Positions 58,053 through 60,797 of a stretch of DNA of 60,797 nucleotides are shown here, piece after piece. The stretch covers positions 1 through 60,797 of the IMG/VR virus record IMGVR_UViG_3300028549_000940. One strand, given 5' to 3'. The position numbers and the translations under genes are program-made. The stretch's first letter is position 1; every line of letters starts with the position of its first letter. The notes beneath the pieces are model-generated. The model was not told where the DNA came from and made no database searches. It saw only the letters and a list, made by a program, of their open reading frames with translations. This stretch comes from a virus.

Positions 58053-58105
58053 CAAATATATGAACTACGTTGATATTTTCCAAATAAAATATCAATTATT
58101 TTCAT
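58053..58105 (-). promoter_or_regulatory. Promoter-operator cassette, copy A (leftward): palindromic operator plus TATATTTG box
   Basis: The minus strand reads ATGAAAATAATTGATATTTTATTTGGAAAATATCAACGTAGTTCATATATTTG. The palindrome is TTGATATTTT-N6-AAAATATCAA. 47 of 53 bases match 59394..59446. Confidence 0.7.
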
Positions 58106-58128
58106 GTAATATTTAAAATAATTTACAT

Positions 58129-59013
58129 ATGTCTGAAAAAGAAGGTATTGGAGTTAGGATAAAAAAGATTCGTCTTAATCTCGATTTGAGCCAGAAAGAA
58201 TTTTCTGAAACTATGGAAGTTACCCAATCGCTGCTATCAATGATAGAGAACGGAAGGAGTATGCCTACAACCATTTTTATCAATAGGCTATGCGATAAGT
58301 TCAACGCAAGTATCAACTACATTCATAATGGGGCCGGAGAAATGTTTTCGCCTATCGCGCCATCTCCGGCAGATAGGGTGTTGATGATAATGCACGAGAA
58401 TAAAATGACCTTAGAGGGGTTTGTTGCCGTAATTGGTCCCAACAGAATGATGGATATGCTTGACGTGATGTCCGGTAAAAACCCTAGCCGGGAGCTGATA
58501 TTCGCTGTTGGAGATGCGTTTCCTCAGTATAAGCAGTATCTTAATACAGGGGATGTAGCCGATATACTTTTAGAGGAAAGTTTTAAGTATAAGGCAAACA
58601 ATAGGCTTGAAGGCAGTAATATGGTACCGCTATTTCCCATGTCGGCGCACGGAACCAAGCTGAGCGAGTTTGCTATGGGGGTAAAGAAATACGATTGCGA
58701 GCTGGTTGTATCTCCAGTCAGCGGTGCTGAATTTGCGCTAACGGTTACCGGAAACAGCATGGCCGATGAATACCCGCCAGGGTCTAAGGTGTTGGTGCGA
58801 AGGATTAACTCTGATTTGTTCGTAGAACCGGGAAAGGTGTATGTTTTAGATACCGTAAACGGAGTTATGTTAAAGGTGGTAACCATTCGTAGGGATGGGT
58901 ATTTATACTGCACCTCTATTAATAGCGACCAGGTAACCTATGCGCCTTTCGAGATTCCTATCAGCTGTGTTTATGGTATGTATAGGGTGTTAATGTGTAT
59001 TTCAGAAAAATAG
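58129..59013 (+). CDS. CI/LexA-like repressor: XRE HTH plus S24 peptidase domain (294 aa)
   Basis: N-terminal IKKIRLNLDLSQKEFSETMEVTQSLLSMIENGRS. C-terminal VTGNSMADEYPPGSKVLVRR ... VMLKVV (Ser/Lys dyad context). Confidence 0.85.
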   Translation: MSEKEGIGVRIKKIRLNLDLSQKEFSETMEVTQSLLSMIENGRSMPTTIFINRLCDKFNASINYIHNGAGEMFSPIAPSPADRVLMIMHENKMTLEGFVAVIGPNRMMDMLDVMSGKNPSRELIFAVGDAFPQYKQYLNTGDVADILLEESFKYKANNRLEGSNMVPLFPMSAHGTKLSEFAMGVKKYDCELVVSPVSGAEFALTVTGNSMADEYPPGSKVLVRRINSDLFVEPGKVYVLDTVNGVMLKVVTIRRDGYLYCTSINSDQVTYAPFEIPISCVYGMYRVLMCISEK

Positions 59014-59018
59014 CAACG

Positions 59019-59378
59019 ATGAAGCGAGTAGCAAAAATAATTTCTATTGCAATACTTATACTATTAGGGTTACTTATTTCGGGCACTTCTCAGAAAGTAG
59101 AAGTGTCGTTCACCTTGCCTGAATTACTTTTGGGCGTAGGGTTTTGCTTTGTGGCGTATATATTCTATGCGCTGTATTATATCTCAGTGGTTGGCGATAA
59201 ACCTAACGACAAACATCAAGACGCATTCAACAGCTCAGTTATATCTACAGTAGGAATGGTTCTGATAATGTTTTCAGTAATACTATATATTTCAGATGAT
59301 ACCTATATAGTAGGAGTGTTGGTTGACGTGTTGGTATTGATGCTCCCATTTATGATGAAACCAGACCCCGAAGAGTAG
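59019..59378 (+). CDS. Four-TM membrane protein (119 aa from ATG 59019); superinfection-exclusion candidate
   Basis: Hydrophobic segments throughout. Co-oriented with and immediately downstream of the repressor. Function is inferred from position. Confidence 0.5.
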   Translation: MKRVAKIISIAILILLGLLISGTSQKVEVSFTLPELLLGVGFCFVAYIFYALYYISVVGDKPNDKHQDAFNSSVISTVGMVLIMFSVILYISDDTYIVGVLVDVLVLMLPFMMKPDPEE

Positions 59379-59393
59379 CAAAAGCAAAATAAT

Positions 59394-59446
59394 ATGAAAA
59401 TAATTGATATTTTATTTGGATAATATCAATTAGCTTCATATATTTG
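59394..59446 (+). promoter_or_regulatory. Promoter-operator cassette, copy B (rightward, upstream of the antirepressor)
   Basis: ATGAAAATAATTGATATTTTATTTGGATAATATCAATTAGCTTCATATATTTG. Palindrome arms TAATTGATATT / AATATCAATTA. The TATATTTG box at 59439-59446 lies 24 nt before ATG 59470. Confidence 0.7.
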
Positions 59447-59469
59447 CGTGGTAAATAAATTCTACTGCC

Positions 59470-60237
59470 ATGCAAAAGCTACAATCATTCAACTACAACG
59501 GAAGTGAAGTATTGTTTAGGCTTGACAATACTAATGTCATGCTTAATGCTACCGATATGGCCAAGCCATACGGAAAGAAAACCAGCGAATGGATTAGGCT
59601 TCCTTCCACAAATAATTTTTTGCAAGCAATGGAAACTATGGGAAAATCCCATAGTTTAATTGTCACTATAGAAGGTCGTAATGGCGGAACCTGGATGCAC
59701 GAAGATGTAGCCCTTGAGTTCGCTCGTTGGCTTAATCCTCGTTTTGCCATTTGGTGTAACGATAGAATAAAAGAGTTACTGAAGCATGGCGCCACGGCCA
59801 TGAACCCGGAAGATTTACTCAACCCGGACTTTATTATCAACCTCGCCACCGAGCTAAAGAGGGAGCGGGCCGAAAAAGAACTACTCTCCAACAGGCTAGA
59901 AATTCAGGGTAAAGTAATTCAAGAGTCAGCCCCAAAGGTGGCCTACTACCAAGAAGTGTTACAATCCGAAAGCCTTATAGCTACCAACGTTATTGCCAAG
60001 GACCTCGGCATGTCGGCTATTACCTTAAACCAAGTTCTTCACAACAGAGGAGTTATCTACAAGAGTGGCGGGGTGTGGGTTCTCTACGACAAATACCAAA
60101 ACAAGGGATACACCAAGACCAAAACCACCACCTTCACAGATAAGTTAAACGAAACAAAAACGGTGATTCATACCTACTGGACCGAGAAAGGCCGGGAGTT
60201 CATTAACTCGCTGTTTAAGGTGAAGGCTACGGCGTAA
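59470..60237 (+). CDS. Antirepressor: KilA-N domain plus ANT/KilAC C-terminal domain (255 aa)
   Basis: FNYNGSEVLFRLDNTNVMLNATDMAKPYGKKTSEWIRL..GGTWMHEDVALEFARWLNPRFAIWCNDRI (KilA-N). APKVAYYQEVLQSESLIATNVIAKDLGMS (KilAC). Confidence 0.8.
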   Translation: MQKLQSFNYNGSEVLFRLDNTNVMLNATDMAKPYGKKTSEWIRLPSTNNFLQAMETMGKSHSLIVTIEGRNGGTWMHEDVALEFARWLNPRFAIWCNDRIKELLKHGATAMNPEDLLNPDFIINLATELKRERAEKELLSNRLEIQGKVIQESAPKVAYYQEVLQSESLIATNVIAKDLGMSAITLNQVLHNRGVIYKSGGVWVLYDKYQNKGYTKTKTTTFTDKLNETKTVIHTYWTEKGREFINSLFKVKATA

Positions 60238-60315
60238 CGGTTCTCGGCTTTGTGTCAGGTGGGGAAATCGAAGCCGAAATGTTCAACCCACCACTAAACT
60301 TAAATAGAAAAACAA

Positions 60316-60797
60316 ATGATGAATATAGCAGAAAACCCCACTTGCACAAAACCGATGTTAGGCGTAGTGCTTTTGGAAGATTGCCTTACAACAATGGGAA
60401 AGCTAACCGACAATTCCGTTGATTTGATAATTACTTCGCCACCTTATAACAAAGCTGGTTATGAAGGTTTTATCCGTAAAAGACACGAAAAAGATAGTTG
60501 GGGCAAAGGCAGAAACATTGAGTATGGTGGTGAAGCGGATAACGACTTTATGATTGAAGCCGAATATCAGGAACAACAAATAAAGGTGCTTAATGAAATG
60601 CACAGAATACTAAAGCCAAATGGAAGTGTATTTTATAACCACAAAGTTAGGGTGGCACAGCACAAAGCATCGCACCCGATTGAATGGATATTAAAAAGCA
60701 ACTTTACTTTTAGACAGCAAATAATTTGGGATAGGAAAAATAGCCCTGCGGTTGCACCGATTAGATATTTGCCTAATACAGAGTTGATTTTTTGGCT
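60316..60797 (+). CDS. DNA methyltransferase, beta-class amino-MTase, 5' part (ORF continues across the circular junction into 158..461)
   Basis: ATG at 60316 is preceded by an in-frame TAA at 60301. Motif IV SPPY lies at 60436-60447. There is no stop before the window end, and the frame is continuous with ORF 12..461 through the 157-bp overlap. Confidence 0.85.
   Translation, partial: MMNIAENPTCTKPMLGVVLLEDCLTTMGKLTDNSVDLIITSPPYNKAGYEGFIRKRHEKDSWGKGRNIEYGGEADNDFMIEAEYQEQQIKVLNEMHRILKPNGSVFYNHKVRVAQHKASHPIEWILKSNFTFRQQIIWDRKNSPAVAPIRYLPNTELIFW
60641..60797. repeat. Terminal direct repeat, copy 2 (identical to 1..157)
   Basis: Same comparison as for copy 1. The unique genome length is 60,640 bp. 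Confidence 0.95.

Noticed and set aside
58001-58105. An N-terminal 35-codon extension (MKIIDILFGKYQ..) of the first early gene.
   Set aside because: The same nucleotides recur non-codingly upstream of the antirepressor (59394..59446) and contain the palindrome and the -7 box. The start at ATG 58000 is preferred.
60243-60292. A possible H-type pseudoknot upstream of the methyltransferase start. TCGGCTT pairs with AAGCCGA, and an interleaved GGTGGG pairs with CCCACC.
   Set aside because: Two 6-7-bp helices in a 78-nt spacer can arise by chance. There is no covariation evidence and no T-tract for a terminator. Recorded only as a weak possibility.
1-60797. A search for CRISPR arrays, rRNA, reverse transcriptase/DGR template-variable repeats, retron-like elements, or stop-codon recoding.
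   Set aside because: No spaced direct-repeat arrays, RT motifs (YxDD) or rRNA-like segments were noticed by eye. All long genes are intact under the standard code, so no recoding is needed.

Overview
The first 157 bases are identical to the last 157, so the window is one complete, circularly closed phage genome of 60,640 unique bp. It looks like a temperate dsDNA phage.

The host is probably in the Bacteroidota. This is inferred from an integrase with an Arm-type N-terminus, TAnnTTTG-type promoter boxes and an attP that carries a tRNA 3' end.

Modules in order:
- An orphan beta-class DNA methyltransferase spans the junction.
- About 3 kb of small accessory ORFs follow.
- A leftward HTH gene plus an 898-aa gene come next.
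- A rightward block then encodes a 200-aa membrane protein, a 602-aa protein, a 4327-aa polyvalent giant protein and the portal.
- A leftward block holds the large terminase and six small ORFs.
- A rightward late block holds scaffold, major capsid, tail fibre and tailspike genes, with a lysis cassette embedded among them.
- Integrase and attP follow.
- A leftward early operon of about 14 kb carries C5-methyltransferase, DnaA-C-like, DUF4373-like replication, HNH, SSB, SNF2 helicase, NinG-like, PD-(D/E)XK exonuclease and RecT-like genes.
- The last block is a CI-like S24 repressor, a membrane protein and a KilA-N/ANT antirepressor.

No tape-measure or sheath gene is recognisable, so the virion is probably podovirus-like (inference). 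No rRNA, complete tRNA, CRISPR array or reverse transcriptase/DGR was seen, and the standard genetic code suffices.

The most unusual signals are two long same-strand dual-coding regions in the early operon:
- **SNF2 intein.** The helicase is split by a 374-codon intein whose DUF559/Vsr-like endonuclease sits in the +1 frame of the intein, not as an in-frame domain. Both frames stay open for 927 nt.
- **C5-methyltransferase.** A 325-codon +1-frame ORF is nested in the gene. It carries LPTP repeats and an MMGFPxxW motif-IX-like element. The host frame is low-complexity across its would-be target-recognition region.

Other notable items are the giant virion protein (pyrophosphatase-like and NPPF methyltransferase modules), a duplicated inverted promoter-operator cassette around the repressor, iterons inside the replication gene, a structured attP and a bipartite motif shared by two divergent late promoter regions.
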